Shown: positions 27,682 to 42,622, counted from the first letter of the stretch. The stretch is DNA of 64,000 nt from Octopus vulgaris (GCA_951406725.2 OX597817.1:117676001-117740000), one strand, 5' to 3'. Numbers and translations are program-made. Notes: a model not told the origin generated them from the sequence alone.

Positions 27682-28680
27682 CAGGGTGTTCGGGTTAAAT
27701 TTGATTGTTTGCATAAAAGGAAAAGAAGACACATTATCCCATCCAAACATAAAAGTACTAAAAAGAAGTTTTTAAATATCAACGAGATTATGGCTGGGAG
27801 AAAATCGGTTTCCTCAAAGTAACTGTCCTTATTTTCCTCCATGGCCTGAAGACAGCTCAGCAACCTGGCAAAAGCGCTCTTCAATGTGCCCTGAGGAGAT
27901 ATTCAAACGCCTCCTCAATCTTGGCCAACAGCTTGGCCGTGATGTTTTTCATAGAGCTCCCCACATATAGTAATCCTTGGGTTTCCAGTCGGAGGAATTA
28001 GGAGACTTGAAATTGGGACTGGTTAAGTCGTGGATACTCTCTGAAGTTGTCTGTGGCTCTTTCCGGAAGTATGACAAGGAGCCGAATATTGCTGCTGCGC
28101 ATATGGCCTTCTAGCATCAAAACTCTCCAACCATGCTTGGTTCCAGGAGCTTGAAGAGAGCCTAAGGCTCTGTTCAAAAGTATCGGCTTGATTATCGGTG
28201 TGCAAACATAGTGAAAAGGACTACTGTATCCTCTGCTGTTGGTTAAGGCTTCGTAGTCTCCGAGTCTCCATTGCAGCTGCCCATGTCACGTCTTAGAATT
28301 CTTACAGTTTTCAAAGAGCATAAAGCAAGTGTTTGATGACAACGTTTTGATACCCGGTGCGACAAAATCATGATACAGGTAACTATCTTTTTCCATATAC
28401 AGATGACTTCCAGTCCTCTTTGTCAGCTAACTTTCTCAGAAAGCTAGACATTCAGTCAAACATATCAAAAACGTCCTTGTTTGATCGAAATTACTTTTCT
28501 ACTAATCATAGTTATATGAATCCTTTCAGTAAATGCAACCAGATGTCAAATCCTTGCTGCAGATCAGATATGAATGATGTGTTATTACATAAACTCAACC
28601 CGTGTACTGAGGGCGGTTACCCATGTAAAAACACACTCGGAATGCATGCTGTAATGCAGACGTTACCATAAAAAGGCAGA
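27682..28680 (-). pseudogene. Tc1/mariner (maT/DD37D-like) transposase remnant
   Basis: Minus strand: WLESFDARRPYAQQQYSAPCHTSGKS (cf. QQDSAPCH), SPNSSDWKPKDYYMWGAL (cf. WPPNSPDLNPLDYYVWG), AFARLLSCLQAMEENKDSYFE. TIR-like cagggtg at 27682. The upstream limit is approximate. Confidence 0.8.
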
Positions 28681-30429
28681 GATTAATTCAATATATTCAA
28701 AAATCAGCAATTTTCAATTAGCAGTTCAGGTATATTGGTATGGCAGAAAACAATTCAACAAGATACTTAATATTTTCCTTATTTCGGCAAGGTTGATAAA
28801 CGAATTTATATATAAAGACTCTTTAATCATATCTGGTCTCTCAAAGATAAATTCTAACTTTTAGATGATTGAACAATACAAAATTCAGCAAGAGTTGTGG
28901 TCTGTGCACTGCGGAGAGAAGGTAGATTTTAAGTAATGTGCAACCGAGGATATATATTGATGATTAGTTTGAAGTGTGTTGTCTATGAATATCCACGGAT
29001 AAATCAATCTTACATATTTGGGTATAGATACTCAGAAATATATATTGTGTTTATGCCCGTACAGACTGATAGTATAGTTTTTGGATATGTGCGTATCCCT
29101 CTTCTACAAATATTTTTAGCATGTTCCAGTTTATCATCTAATCATTCTGTAACTAGACGCTATTTTCCCTTTTCCTTTCCTCCCTTCTCTTTAATGTTTA
29201 TGCAATTATATCATTATAATCTCATTCTGAAGCTTTTCCCTATGCTTTTCATTAGCTTATAAATGGCTAATTTCCATTTCACATTGAAATTAACATCTCA
29301 CACTAATTTCTCAAATGTTATTCCTTAAACGTTCTAAACTCAACAAACTAAATATATTTTCCCAGGTTATTATAAATTCTCGAAACGTACATGTAAATTC
29401 ATTTATAACCATTTGTCGTGGATAAGAAATATGTGAGTTGTGTTATAATATAATTGTGCTCGAATATAATAAACTTTTCTTTTAAGTTACATTAAAAAAT
29501 TGTACCCACGTTTAATTAATAGTTTAGTGAGGTTATAATTAGCTCACATCAAGAGGGAAAGAGACTATTTATGTCTAGCAGATTATGTGAATTGATTAGG
29601 AATCCTTTCTGACTATACTCTCATAATTATATGGTCGGTTGGTTATTCAAAACAAACAGGATAGCAAACCTTATATTCTTTTTCAATTATGAAAAGTCTT
29701 TTCAAAATCTTATCTCAGTTAGACTTTCTCTGATCATCAGTAGAAGAAATTGTACCAATGAGATTGTTTAAGCATTGATTCTTTAATGATAAATAACATT
29801 AAAAAAACACTTGTCAGGTTTATGTCATTAATTATAGAGAAAGAAAACGAATATGTTTAGGTAGTAAAATAATAAAGCGAAGATATTGTATTGTATAACG
29901 TGTGAATTGCTCCACATCACGAAACAAATAACGATGGAATAGACTTTCTTTAATGTAGCATTTGTATCAAATATTCAATAAAGAAGTAAAAAAAACGCTA
30001 TCACAAATCACATTTAAAATGCAAATAAAATAGCATTTGATATATCTACACGAAATTCGTATTCCAGTGATATCATTTGCTTATGCCTATGGCATATATT
30101 TGAATGCTCACTGAAATCTGAATGAAATAAAAATTAATCTTTTTCAACGAATGTCAAAAGAAAATTTTGTTTATCCATATATATGATTTAAGACAAGTAA
30201 TTTCAAGGAAATGAAGAGCGCGCTTATATGGATATTTACGTACACAAGATATACGTGATATGCATAATGCAAGATGTAACCATATATTTACAAAGTTATA
30301 CATGCCGATAGATATATATATAGATGCCGATGTGCACACAAATACTAGGTAGTATAAACATGAACCAGATATGGTACATGACAACTATCTACCTACATTT
30401 ATAATAAATATACCAATGAAGAAGTGAAA

Positions 30430-31430
30430 TTATAAATTTGATACATTTTGATCAAATTATCACCAGGAGGGAGGTGAAGAAACTACCTAAGTTCAAGAAT
30501 CTTGAATCTAAAATAGTAGAATGTAAGGTAAATAAAAGAAGTCAGTTGCAAAAATGACTGGATCATTAGATATTATAGAGAATAATATGAATAAAATATT
30601 CAGATATATACAAGAGTTTGTAGTTCTACACAAGTCAAACATTTATTTCATTAGGTATATTTTCCATCCTATCCAGAATAATTAAATTTAATATCAAAGT
30701 TCACACTGTAAACTGACAAACACATACACGTCTTAATGTCCAAAAAAAAAAAGATGAACACAATCTCACACAAAGAATCACAATTGTACAAAATAACAGC
30801 ATATACAACTCGTGTCTACGCAATCCCTCTCCATTAAAATAATATATATCATTTTTATTACATTATTAGAAACTGACACTATAAGGAACACAGTTCATCT
30901 ACTACTTAAACCTCACCGTCACCGAATAACATAACACAACCAACTCTGAATATAGTCTGCACATTCATCAGCCGACGCTACAATGCATAGTTTGCAAAGC
31001 ATGTGAATTACAATCACATCCAACAAAGAAGATGACTCACAATTCAAACAGTTACACAGACCGATGAAGTGCAAGCACCAATGTACTAAAGCCATAATTA
31101 AGCAAACAGATCCCACAATGAACCTAAATATATGCTATGAACAAAATCTCAACATCAACAAAATATATCCATTCAGAGCTTGATATTCCGAACGGTTTTG
31201 TAAACTATTAATAGATGAAATAAATCTTACGCACAAATACAGGTTGTTTCAAAGTTTGCGTCGGCTCGTGTAGGATATGAAATCTATAATCTATCTTAGA
31301 ATAGTTGTGTGATGGTGAATCAAGCAGCAAAGGATTCTGAACAAATATAACTTTTAGACTTATCACAGATCCAAGAAAATTATAGTTAAGATAAATCTGT
31401 AAGACCTAGACAGAATTTCTTTTCTATTTG
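30430..31430 (+). mobile_element. Possible old PLE 3' remnant
   Basis: Fragments such as DTF.QIITRREVKKLPKF and LNINKIYPFR loosely resemble PLE linker and C-terminal segments; many stops. Confidence 0.25.
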
Positions 31431-31927
31431 AGGAAATATAAAGGGGAGAGAGAGAGTTAAACATACATGCATACACACAAACACACACATATACATACAT
31501 GCCTACGTACGTACATACACATATTATGGCAACTGAGTAGATATCCTCTGAAAATATGGTAAATATACTTTAGCATGTGTTGTACCGTTGAAGCCGAAGA
31601 CTCAGGCAATACAAAAACAACAATTGACACACATGCCTATGCAATAACTTCCTGTACCTGGGAATAAAAACTTCTGTAACGGCGTTGATGAATGACTGAT
31701 CGTTAGTTTCATTATGCAATATAAGGGATTCTTTAGAAGAGCTAATGAGAGATAATGTGTGGTCATGGGATGACATAAGGGATCTGCAAGGGCTAATGGA
31801 CCACTGAGAGAACCGATAGAATAAGTACTAGGCTTACAAAGAATAATTCCTGGGGTCGATTTCTTAGACTAAAGGTGGTGCTCCAGCATGGCCACTGTCA
31901 AATGACTGAAATAAGTAAAAGATTAAA

Positions 31928-32009
<82 letters not shown>

Positions 32010-32017
32010 TAATAATA

Positions 32018-32680
32018 GGAAAAGAACATAAAAAAGAAACAGCTTGGAAGGGAACAAATATACGATCAGTTTGCAAGACATACATATGCCAAGACAAATA
32101 CAGATGATCGGTGGCTATGGATGAGAAGGTGTGACCAGAAGATAGAGACAGAAGCACTTATATGCGGAGCTCAAGAACAAGCGTTAAAGACTAACTATGG
32201 GGATAAACGCAGCTCAAGAATAAGCGTTTAGGACTATGTGAAGTGCAGAATAGACAACACTACCGACAGCGACAAATGCAGAATGTGTGGTGGGAGGAGT
32301 GAAACGGTATGGCACATTGTTAGATAATGCCAGAAATTGGCCCAATACGTATACAAATGACAACATGATGATGTGACAAGAATGAACCATTGAGAGTTCT
32401 GTGGAAATTACGTCCTACAAAGAGCAAAGACGTAGTATAATCAAACCCCAGAAGGAGTTACCGAGAATGAAAATTGCGAAATCCTTTGAGAAAAATCAGT
32501 GCGATCACCTGACCAGATATCGGCAACCGGATATTGTGGTGTTGGAAGAAAAAAGAAAGAACATGCATGATAATCGACATAGCATGCCCGGGTGACAACA
32601 GAATCAAAGGGAAAGAAGAAGAAAACCTGATCAACTAGGGAGTGTAAGTGATGGAATAGACAAATGGACAAAAGTTATGT
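32018..32680 (+). pseudogene. R4/Dong-clade non-LTR retrotransposon fragment (zinc knuckle plus restriction-like endonuclease)
   Basis: WLWMRRCDQKIETEALICGAQEQALKTNY...DKCRMCGGRSETVWHIV..CQKLA...QCDHLTRYRQPDIVV...MIIDIACPGDNRI. Preceded by (TAA)n at 31932-32017, with another (TAA)n at 32835-32943. Confidence 0.88.
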
Positions 32681-32832
32681 AGAGCTTCAGTTTTGCTTCT
32701 TAGGAACATGTTATATCATGTGAAGGATTTTTAGCACTTTATGTCTTATTAAAATCAAGTGGATATCTAAAGTTTCAAGAACTAATCCGCTACCCATATA
32801 AACTCTACAAAGAATAAGATCAATCCTGTTTC

Positions 32833-32944
<112 letters not shown>

Positions 32945-35199
32945 GTTGTAGTAGTTTAAAATTTTCGCTGTATGTCAGCAATTTCTGTGACCTAAGTCGG
33001 TTACATCGAAACCGGGGCTTAACTGGTGCTTATCTTTTCGAGTCCGAAAGGATGAAAGGCAAAGTTGACCTCGGCAAAATTTGAACTCAGAACATAAAGA
33101 CAGAAGAAATACCTATTTCATAGATCCCGACAGGACACAAGACAAAGTTGACCTTGGTAGAATTTGAACTACCGGTTAGCATTTTCCCCAGCATGCTAAC
33201 GAGTATGCCAGCTGACTACATTAGCAACAAGATTTAAAATTGAACTAATGATAATAGTAGCAGTAGGAATTGTTATATGCTTCATTGAAATTTAGTGAGA
33301 ACGCTCAGTTCTAAAATATTAGATTGTATAAGCTTACAAATTCTTGAAGCCAACGAAAGTACTTTGAGATCCTATGAGTAAGCTTGCATTTACATTCATA
33401 TGTCGCGTTGCAAATAATTTGATATATGTCTGTACACTTTCTACACTTGTACCTGGAGACATTTATATATACACCGACTCATCAATTTTTACAGACGTAC
33501 GACACATATACAAACATGCACACAAACACACACACATAACTATACTCACACACATATTTCTCTGTATAATACATATAGTAGCCAATAGTACATAACTATG
33601 CTTCTTGGTTTTTCACTTAAAAGTCAGGATATCGACTTTCATACATTTCTCCGACTCGGTCATTTCAAATATGTGTACTTTTAAATGTCTAAATTCCATA
33701 TTATACGCTTAAATGTAAATATAACTTATATTAAGAAAATAGCATTATTTCAGTGAAAATATCTTGTTATACTTCATTCTAAGTTAGAGACAAAACAGCT
33801 GTTATAAATCATATTGACAGAATGCATTGACATTTACTTATGCAAACATTATCATTTTCAGCAAGCTGAAGCATTGTTTGAATTTACTGAAGATCTGAAA
33901 TTAATTACATTCCATCGTAATAAGTGTAATAGAAATAATACCAATGAAGCTATATCTCGACATGCATGTATTTATTTCCTAACAAAGACAGCGTAATACA
34001 TTTCAGGAGTAGTTAGTCGAATTAAATTGGCCCGGAACATGTTTATTTTATCAAACATAGAATGATGAAAATAAAGTTAATTTCGGTACGATCAGAACTC
34101 AGGTAGTCGAGATCCGGAACAAATATCACAGATCGTTTAGCTCGATGCTCTAGTGATTATTTTAATCCGCCATGCTAGAAAAACATTTAATAATATAAGC
34201 GATAATGGATTTGCACAACACCACAATTCTATATGACCTGGGCACACTTGATTCAATCGACGTCAATGATGCGCGTATTTTAAACCAAAACGATATCGTA
34301 CAGAAGCTAGGCAGAGAACTGCGGGGAAGGTAACTTAATCTCATTCTGCCATCTAATTGATTCTCTATTCAACGCCTTATCACAGTAAATAATAAACACG
34401 TCTTACACGTAATTTCTTTAAAGAATCGAAGCCTTAGGAATAGATTAGAATCAATGATATTAAATACTCATTGATTTTGCCGAAAGAGAATCAAAGGGAG
34501 TGTTTAACAAATAGGATTCAGAATCGTATCATAGATTACATATTATGTTACATGCAGTTTGCTATTATTCCTGAAACTGCGTCAGTTCTTTTCATCTTGG
34601 TTGGATATAATAGAATCCAAATCAAATCATTTGCCTCTTCAGGATAAGTACAATAACAAAAAACAAAAAGATTTCCAACAAAATTTCTCATGCGTAAAGG
34701 AAAATTTGACCACTGTTAATCATGGTTCCTATGTACTGAGCATCATCAGCGCAGCATGATCAACCAGAGTCCACGTAGAATGTAGACAATAGATTGTGAA
34801 AAACAATTTTCGATATTTGGCCAGTAGCAATTTGTACAATATTAAACAAAACTAATCTAATAACTCAGAATTAGTAGGGTATAATTTAGGAAAATGCTTT
34901 TGGGAAACTTATGAGCACTTTAATAGACATTCATTAAAAGAAATAACAAATTCAGAACTAAGCAGTTTTGCATAAACAACAGTTAGTACACGACTAAAAG
35001 ATATGCTCTTTAAGAATGTCCTAGAAGGTTTCATCGAACTAACTCCACGGGCATTTCAGAGCTATTTCCATGTTTCAAGTACATATGCACCTCACTGATG
35101 TTTAGACCCCAGGAAATTAATGGTATTTCCATAACTTCTTGTTATTCAGAGAATGAGTGCGCGAGAGGAAGACATTGTATAAATAAGAAAGTGTATCTC

Positions 35200-35850
35200 C
35201 GCTAACTACCTTCGATTAATCTTTAATCAGAAATGTGTTTCTATAGTGTCAAAAATAAGTGAAGACTTGCTCGTAGACATCGACCATTGCGTTGTATATT
35301 TAACATGTTTTAATGCCAGGATTATTATTACTAAGGTCATAGTTGTCTACGATGGCACCAAACCATGTTTACTTTTTCAGAATTTTTTTTATTTTAACGC
35401 TCTAAAGTTCTATTTGTCTATTGTTACGCGCTTCACAAGCGTATTTTGATAATTTTTTTAAAATCTAAATTTCCACGTGTTGTGACTGAAAGCGTAAGTT
35501 ATTCCGTTAACTTGTTTATTTTTAATTACACAATTTGTATTTGATTTGTGGAATTTTGCTCTTGGCATTGACTTCCATATCATACTGCTGTTATATTCAT
35601 GAACGGAATAACTGGACGCCGAGAGCATACTTTCTCCACCCACACTTTTACACAATCTGTGATTGATGCCAAGAACATTTGCTTCAATTGAAATTTCTTC
35701 CTTAGGTATAGAAAATCAAATATCCTTGCAACAAAAGAAAGAGTGGCGGGGTTGTATTTTGAGAAATTATTAGAAAGTATGAACATATAATATTTCTCTT
35801 GTTTCAATATGATTTTTAACAAAGGTGATCCCAGAAACATCAATATTTTT
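35200..35850 (-). pseudogene. Possible ancient DDE (piggyBac-like) transposase remnant
   Basis: Minus-strand IYNAMVDVYEQVFTYF resembles YN..MGGVD..DQ...Y, and KNKQVNGITYAFSH resembles D.K.V..LST.H. Weak. Confidence 0.25.
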
Positions 35851-37150
35851 TATTTATATTAATCTGTACCATTAACTTATCTCAGTCAGGCTAAATTTTG
35901 CTTAAAAAAAATGCAAGTCACTCCGGGCTAAAAATGTTAGCCAAATATTTGTTTTTCTGATCAAGCGCACTCGTCTAGCCTGACAAAGGTCACAGATTGG
36001 GTAACGTTTGTAAAAGTAATTTTCGGTTTTCTAATATGATCTTATTTTGTTTGACTACTAAAAATTACTTCTCAAATTTTTTTTTTTTGGTTTGAAACTA
36101 AAACATGAATTCTTTGACGACTGTCATCCAGTTAGCCAAAATCTAATGGTTTATTATTGCTAAAATTATCTTTTTAAAATAATTGCAAAAATCTTACCTT
36201 ATTTTGAAGATCAGTTCCATCATATCAATTCAGGAGCACGATATGCTTTCATATATCACAAAACATATCATTTACCTGACACATCTTTGTCCCTGTCAAT
36301 CTGATAACTTTCATCACTACAATGCATGCAAAAATGTACAGTGTCGAAACTAAATGCTTATTACATATACAATAAATCAGGTGTTATCAGTGTCGAGTGA
36401 TATAATGAGAGCATTCAGTCTACTAAAATAGTAGGCAAAAATTTACTCAAACTATGCTTAATGATTTTAAAAAGGGAAAACCAAATTGATGACGTGACCT
36501 TAGATGTACTATAATTGATAACTAATAATTGGAAAGATACCCTTAGCGAAAACAAAACACGTTTACCTCACAATATAAATTCTGTTTACAAATTTAAAGA
36601 AACAAATAAAAAGTAATTAAAAGAAAAGATAATTTAGTGATATATATGTATATATATATGGCAAAACATTTTTCTTATGAAAGTTACTATACCTATGTAG
36701 GACGAGCAAAAAGCCCCCCGTCCAATGGATGGTGCTGAGTTGTCAAACATTTAAGCTAAATTTTCTCAAAACAACATGTCCGACCGTCCCATAGGCCTCC
36801 CCTTTGAGAAATACTGATTTAACCAAAATTTGAGACACCAGTAAAGGAAGAAATAAAGATAGACTTTTTTCTATTCCAAAGAAAAACGATTTTATTCACG
36901 CAAATATGCAACTGAAGAGTTTAAAGTACAAGTAATGGTAAGGCTGTTGACTGGCAGAACACAAACATGGTTTAAATAGTAAGCTTGGAAGAAAAGTAAC
37001 GTTTGAAGAAAATATCTCTTTCGCATCTTACTTTTTTTTTGTCTCTTAAATATACTGCATTTAGTGGCATTATTTCAAGCCAGCACGTGCATTTTTCGTG
37101 TACGCGTAGTATCGATCGCAACAGCGGATGTACTCACTCGTACAAATACA

Positions 37151-37750
37151 TCATCATCATCATCATTGTTCGACCGTGGTCGAGACAATGGAATTTACGG
37201 AGGTCCTGTTGCTGGATGCCTGTATCCCTGGAGATTACATCAGGTTAGGAGAGTGTGCGCCCTCTGGTATTGTGAGTAGATGGCTTCCAGAGGAGAAGAG
37301 TAGAAATTACCTCTTTTTCAGCTCTACAACAATGTCCAGCAAACTGGACTCTCCTACCTTTCACAAGAGATGTCACAGGTGGTAGTTTCCCATATATTTG
37401 CATTTTGGTTGGATGGCTCTTCCACGAGAGATTTTCAGCTCTCATTGAAATCCTTAAGCTGTATGGGATACCAGACAAAATCATTTCTGCCATCAAAGTC
37501 CTCTTCACAGATACGTCTTCAGCCATCGTAACCCCTGACGGAGAAACATCATATTTCTCAATCAAAGCCGGAATACTTCAGGGAGACACACTCGCGCCAT
37601 TTCTTTTCATCATTGTTGTTCATTATGTGCTACGTATGTCAGTTGATACCATCTCTGGCAAGGGCTTTGAAATAAAACCAAGAAGAAGTTCCAGACACCC
37701 TGCTGAGTACTTGACAGACACTGACTTTGCTGACGACATCGCTCTTATCA
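37151..37750 (-). mobile_element. RTE-like LINE insertion with an inverted 5' segment
   Basis: Minus 37430-37151 encodes the C-terminal SWKSHPT...RRVQFAGHCCR and a (GAT)n tail. Plus 37440-37750 encodes the RT core YGIP...GILQGDTLAPFLF...DFADDIALIS. TSD gtacaaataca at 37140-37150 and 37751-37761. Confidence 0.9.
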
Positions 37751-38885
37751 GTACAAATACACGTTTCCACGGCTTCTCATCTGGAATCGATTTTTATAAT
37801 TTGTTCAAGACTTATACACGCCCTGAAACCGTCAGTGTCTACATATCAAATTTGATGCCCGAGATCCTAGAAGACACACGCACACAGACAGAACGGATTT
37901 TAGATTAGTCTATGTTGACAGCGTTATTTCACCGGTGTTTAAGCTAAAAATCATAGAAAGTTAACGAGGTAGATAACCTTTTTATAGGAGCTATTTCAAT
38001 TGGGTGACAATTTGAAAGGAGACTAGCTATATAACATAATAGTCTTTAATATACCATCAGTTAGCATCACACACAAGGTGTATACATTGCATCTTAGGTA
38101 CGTGTTTTCCCAAGGATTTTAGTTGAGCCATGTTCATTAACTGAAAAAGGGGTAGACAGAAATTATGTGAAAATATTTTGGACAAAATACAAACGCAATT
38201 CTAATTTCCAGTATGGTTCATGTTGATATGGCCTGGAAATTAAGGGTCTGCCTAATATTCTCTTACACTTTAATTCGCGTGCAGATAGTTCAGTTGATCG
38301 AACATCTGAAATTTCATCATCGAAACAGTAACAAAGGAATCTCTATTTAATTTTGTACCTGTTAGTTATAGGCTCCGAATTCCATCAAGTTATATGTCAC
38401 ATTAAATAACAAAATGGTTTCGCCTGGAATGACATTAATCAATAGTACACTCATTCACGTAGCGAAGCAGTAACAATACCAGAGTAACTAAATTTCAGGA
38501 AGAATTACAATCCAGAAAATATTGGTATATATGGTTCAACTTCATAATGCTTTACTTCAAATAACTACTTCAAAGTAATATCTCAGTAAAATTAGTCAAT
38601 TTACTGTAAGATTTTATTGATAAAAGGCGTAATGTCCAGCAGAATGTGAAATACCGTAACATCATATTCCCAATATACTTTCACAATCCCACGTGAGACC
38701 AATATCCGATAATTGAATAAGTTTATTTTCAGTTTAACTCTCACCTGACAACATTGTTTGCGGCGTCAATAAATGTTGATGGTTAGTCATAACTCTTTCT
38801 TTATATAAATACCTTATTCATCGAAACTTCTTGTTATAAGAATCTCCAATGTATGTGTTTATGCAGCTGATATTAGTTATCTATA

Positions 38886-39090
38886 AGGCGGCGAGATGGA
38901 AAATTCGTTAGTATGCTGGGCAAAGTGCTTAGCAGCATTTCGTGCAGCTTTACGGTCACAGTTCAAATTCCACCGAGGTCGACTATACTTTTCATCATTT
39001 CTGTGTCGATAAAATAAGTTCGAGATGAGCACGGGGGTCGATGTAATCGACTTACCCAACTCCAAAATTTTGCTGGCCTTGTGTCATAAT
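38886..39090 (+). mobile_element. Nin-type SINE, older copy
   Basis: aggcggcgagatggaaaattcgttag...gttcaaattccaccgaggtcgact...ggggtcgatgtaatcgact. Confidence 0.8.
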
Positions 39091-39554
39091 TTTAAACCGA
39101 TGATAGCAATCTACTGCAACATTTAACGGCTCGATATTATAATTTAATTTTAGTTACCTAATTGTAGCTGAATTATAGAGCGTTCATTCACCTGTTAAGA
39201 GAATGAGAATTTTACGTGACTATCACAGACCACTAATTCAATCACTTAATCCTGTGCACAAACATTATTATGACACTTATGAAGTTTACTACACAACAAA
39301 AGGAATAAGATTTTATTGGCCAAAATATTATTAGGCAAAAGATGTCAATGTTATTTTGTATGCGCTAAATCTAAAAAATATAGTTTTCCTGAATTTTTGG
39401 AGTCCTTCAACTATTGTACACAGCTCACATTACTATTTTAGCTGAGTATGTATCATTATGTCCGACATACGGAATAATTAGTTTGAGTGCTGAAATTTCC
39501 ACATTGTATTTACAAACTTTACGTTTTAACACAATCATATTATTAATATTGATT

Positions 39555-39960
39555 TCGAATTTTGGTACAAGACAAGCAAGATCGTGCAAGGGGCTAAGTC
39601 GATTAGATGAACTCTAGAGCTCTACTGGTGCACTTTTTATCGACTCCGAAAAGATGAAAGGCGAAGTCGACCTCAGTGGAATTTGAACTCAGAAGGTAAA
39701 GCCGCACAGAATGCCGCTAAGCCCAGCGTACTAACGATTGTGTCAGCTCGCCGCTCTCATTATATAATTTATATTAGTAAATTTTTTTAAGGCGAACGGT
39801 TGAGGGGGAACCGCTGACGCGCAGGGCGAAATGATAAGCAGCATTTCGTCTGTCGTCAAGTTCTGAGTTCAAATTCCGGCATGGTCGATTTTGCTGAACA
39901 CTCTTTCGAGGTCAATAAAAAAAATACCAGTTGAGCACCGGGGTCGATTTAATCGAGGTA
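39555..39960. mobile_element. Head-to-head pair of Nin-type SINEs (39555-39755 minus; 39790-39960 plus)
   Basis: Both match the 10681 family in opposite orientations, about 35 bp apart. Confidence 0.8.
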
Positions 39961-40581
39961 TTTCATAACACAACAATGCTAAGTTTTGTCCATTTTTAGG
40001 GTAGTCGTTACTAGTTACTTCTGGACCCTTGTTTCAACAGTCAGATATCGGTTTACTTTGACAAACAATACCGATAAAAATAAGATTTGAAATTATTGCA
40101 GGCAGGCTTTCACAGGTCTAGAATAACTCCTTCATAATCACCCTATGAATTTCTCAGTCCCGCTTCTTATGTGTATGTGCATGTATCTGTATCTATATGT
40201 CATAAATATAAAGCAGACAACGCTCTCTTATCTCGGTTTGTCAATCCCTATTGATACACAAAAACTTCCCATGGCCAAGGAGGCGGTGACAGGAACGAAA
40301 GTGGTGTGATGCACCTGGATATTGCCAAAAGTCTTTGAAGTAGCATTGTTGGATCTGGGTAACAACACAATGAGTTGCATCACTGGGTTCAGTATTCCAT
40401 TTACTTGGATATGGCTGAAGGAAATACACACACACATACACGCACACATATATATGTGCATAAGTACTTGCATACATACTAGGGAAGCGTAGTTCGCTAT
40501 TCGCGTTGTTTATATGTATTCTGACTAACTAAAAGTAGACGCAATAGTTTTTAATTAACCAATAGTCGAGGTAAATAAAGA

Positions 40582-40582
<1 letters not shown>

Positions 40583-40652
<70 letters not shown>

Positions 40653-40728
40653 TAATAATAATAACAATAACGATAACAACAACAACAACAAAAACTACAA
40701 CAACAACAACTACAACAACAATAATAAT
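40583..40728. repeat. (AAT)n grading into (AAC)n microsatellite
   Basis: Seen directly. Confidence 0.95.
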
Positions 40729-41679
40729 GTTTGCTGATGTCGATTTCTGACCGAGTAAAAACGAGTGAGATTGTGAGTTAAGTTTTTCTAAGTCTATTAA
40801 ACGCTGTGTTTAGTACGTGTATTGTTTCCTGTTTTAAAGCAAGATATCAGTGTCCGCAGATAGCTGCAGTCCACAGCTGAAGACGATAAAAAGAAAAAAA
40901 ATAATTCAAGTATATCTCTATAGGATAAAAAAAAATATCAATCAGGTGAGAAATCGAAACTTTATTCCCCTGATATTTTATTTATTTATTTATATATATT
41001 TTTTTTTGCATTTCCACGGAACGTTCTGAGGTACTTTACAAAGAAAAGCAAGTAGAAAGAAAAATGTCGATATTTAACTTGTATTTGTTTTCGTCTATTG
41101 CTATTTACGTATGAGTTAACATTTGTTTATCACAGCAGATTCCTATGTTTTCTTCCTTATACAAATGAAATGTAAACAGTGCGTTGTAAGAAAATACCAC
41201 TCATCATTAATTCACTTGAATACAGAAGTATATCTGGAGATATTTATAGAAGCGTGTAAGATACTCATTTATTTTGTGATACTATATAAGTAACAACCTA
41301 TTATCGTGATACACGCCATGTCAGTATCATTTCATTTTCAAAAAACAACAAAAAGTTCTAAAAAACAAATTTGTCAAGTCTTGCCAGTAGCAATTTTTAA
41401 ACTATTTTCACTTCTTGGTCTTTAAGGTTATGTTATTTGTGTTTTCTTTCAAATTCCTATTCGTTGTTTTTTTTATACTTCTAATTTCCTCCTATGAGCT
41501 ACAAGATTTGTTTACGATTGGAATATATCAGTTTCAATTAAGTTAAATTGAATTGATTGTGTATATTCTAACTGTAGTTTTGTAATATAATACGCAGACG
41601 CCTGTCCCCCACTCACACATAAATAACAATAAATACATGTATATATATATATATATATCAATATATCTCCATATATCTT

Positions 41680-41757
<78 letters not shown>

Positions 41758-42216
41758 TATTAATATGCATACATATAAGCATCCAGGAATACACACATGT
41801 ATATGTTCATGTGAGTGTCTGTGTACGTATTACATTATGTATGGTTGTTACGTTACGAGGGAGCCCGATTCAATTTTATGAGAGATATTTCCGCTCCATC
41901 ACACCCGGTTATTAAACCTACTGATTCTCTGAAAATTACGACGCTTGTTTTTTTATTACTCACGTGTTTCTTTTTTTATTTCTCTACACATTCCATTCTC
42001 TCTGAATCTTTGAAGCACATGGGCGCGAAATATCAATCACTATTATTTTCCTTCCTTTCATCAACGTCAAAGGAATAATGAATCTTCATTGAGGTATACA
42101 CACAAATATATACACGTCACCAAGCTACACACACGCATATACACACGCACACAAACCAGCGTGCGCTCACGCACATGCACGCACGCCTAAATATGTATGT
42201 ACACACGTATATATAT

Positions 42217-42622
42217 TCGAAGTCTGATCAATAAGTATCCGGACTGTTGCCATAGTAACAAAGCTAAAAGTCAGAGAGTGACGTCGCTTGGCAAAGATTG
42301 ACAACAAACACTGCAGTGTATGTGCACTAAGTTTTAACTTTCTTGGCTCACTTCCGCTGTTCACAGCAGTGCTTAGAAGGAAGGTGTGTAGCGAGTGATC
42401 GTCACATTGACCATGATACCTTCTCAGAGACCTACGCTATTATGCAGAAAGTATATAGAGAGGAGTGTATGAGCTGCACACAAGTGTACGAATAATTCAG
42501 ACGTTTCCAAGATGGCCGAAAAAATGTCGATATTGACGAATATTCTGGGAGACCAGCATCAAGCAGAACAGAAATACATCGCAGATATGCGTGCAGATGT
42601 GAGGAGAAATTTTGGAATCACA
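42217..42622 (+). pseudogene. mariner (Mos1/Hsmar-like) 5' fragment: left TIR and HTH region
   Basis: TIR-like cgaagtctgatcaataagtatccggac; translation SETYAIMQKVYREECMSCTQVYE*FRRFQDGRKNVDIDEYSGRPASSRTE. Confidence 0.85.

Noticed and set aside
40228-40420. Possible minus-strand exon after a ttccttcag acceptor
   Set aside because: No recognisable protein. The plus-strand MHLDIAK could equally be a decayed LINE RT motif (YLDFAKAFD). Unresolved without RNA-seq or a homology search.
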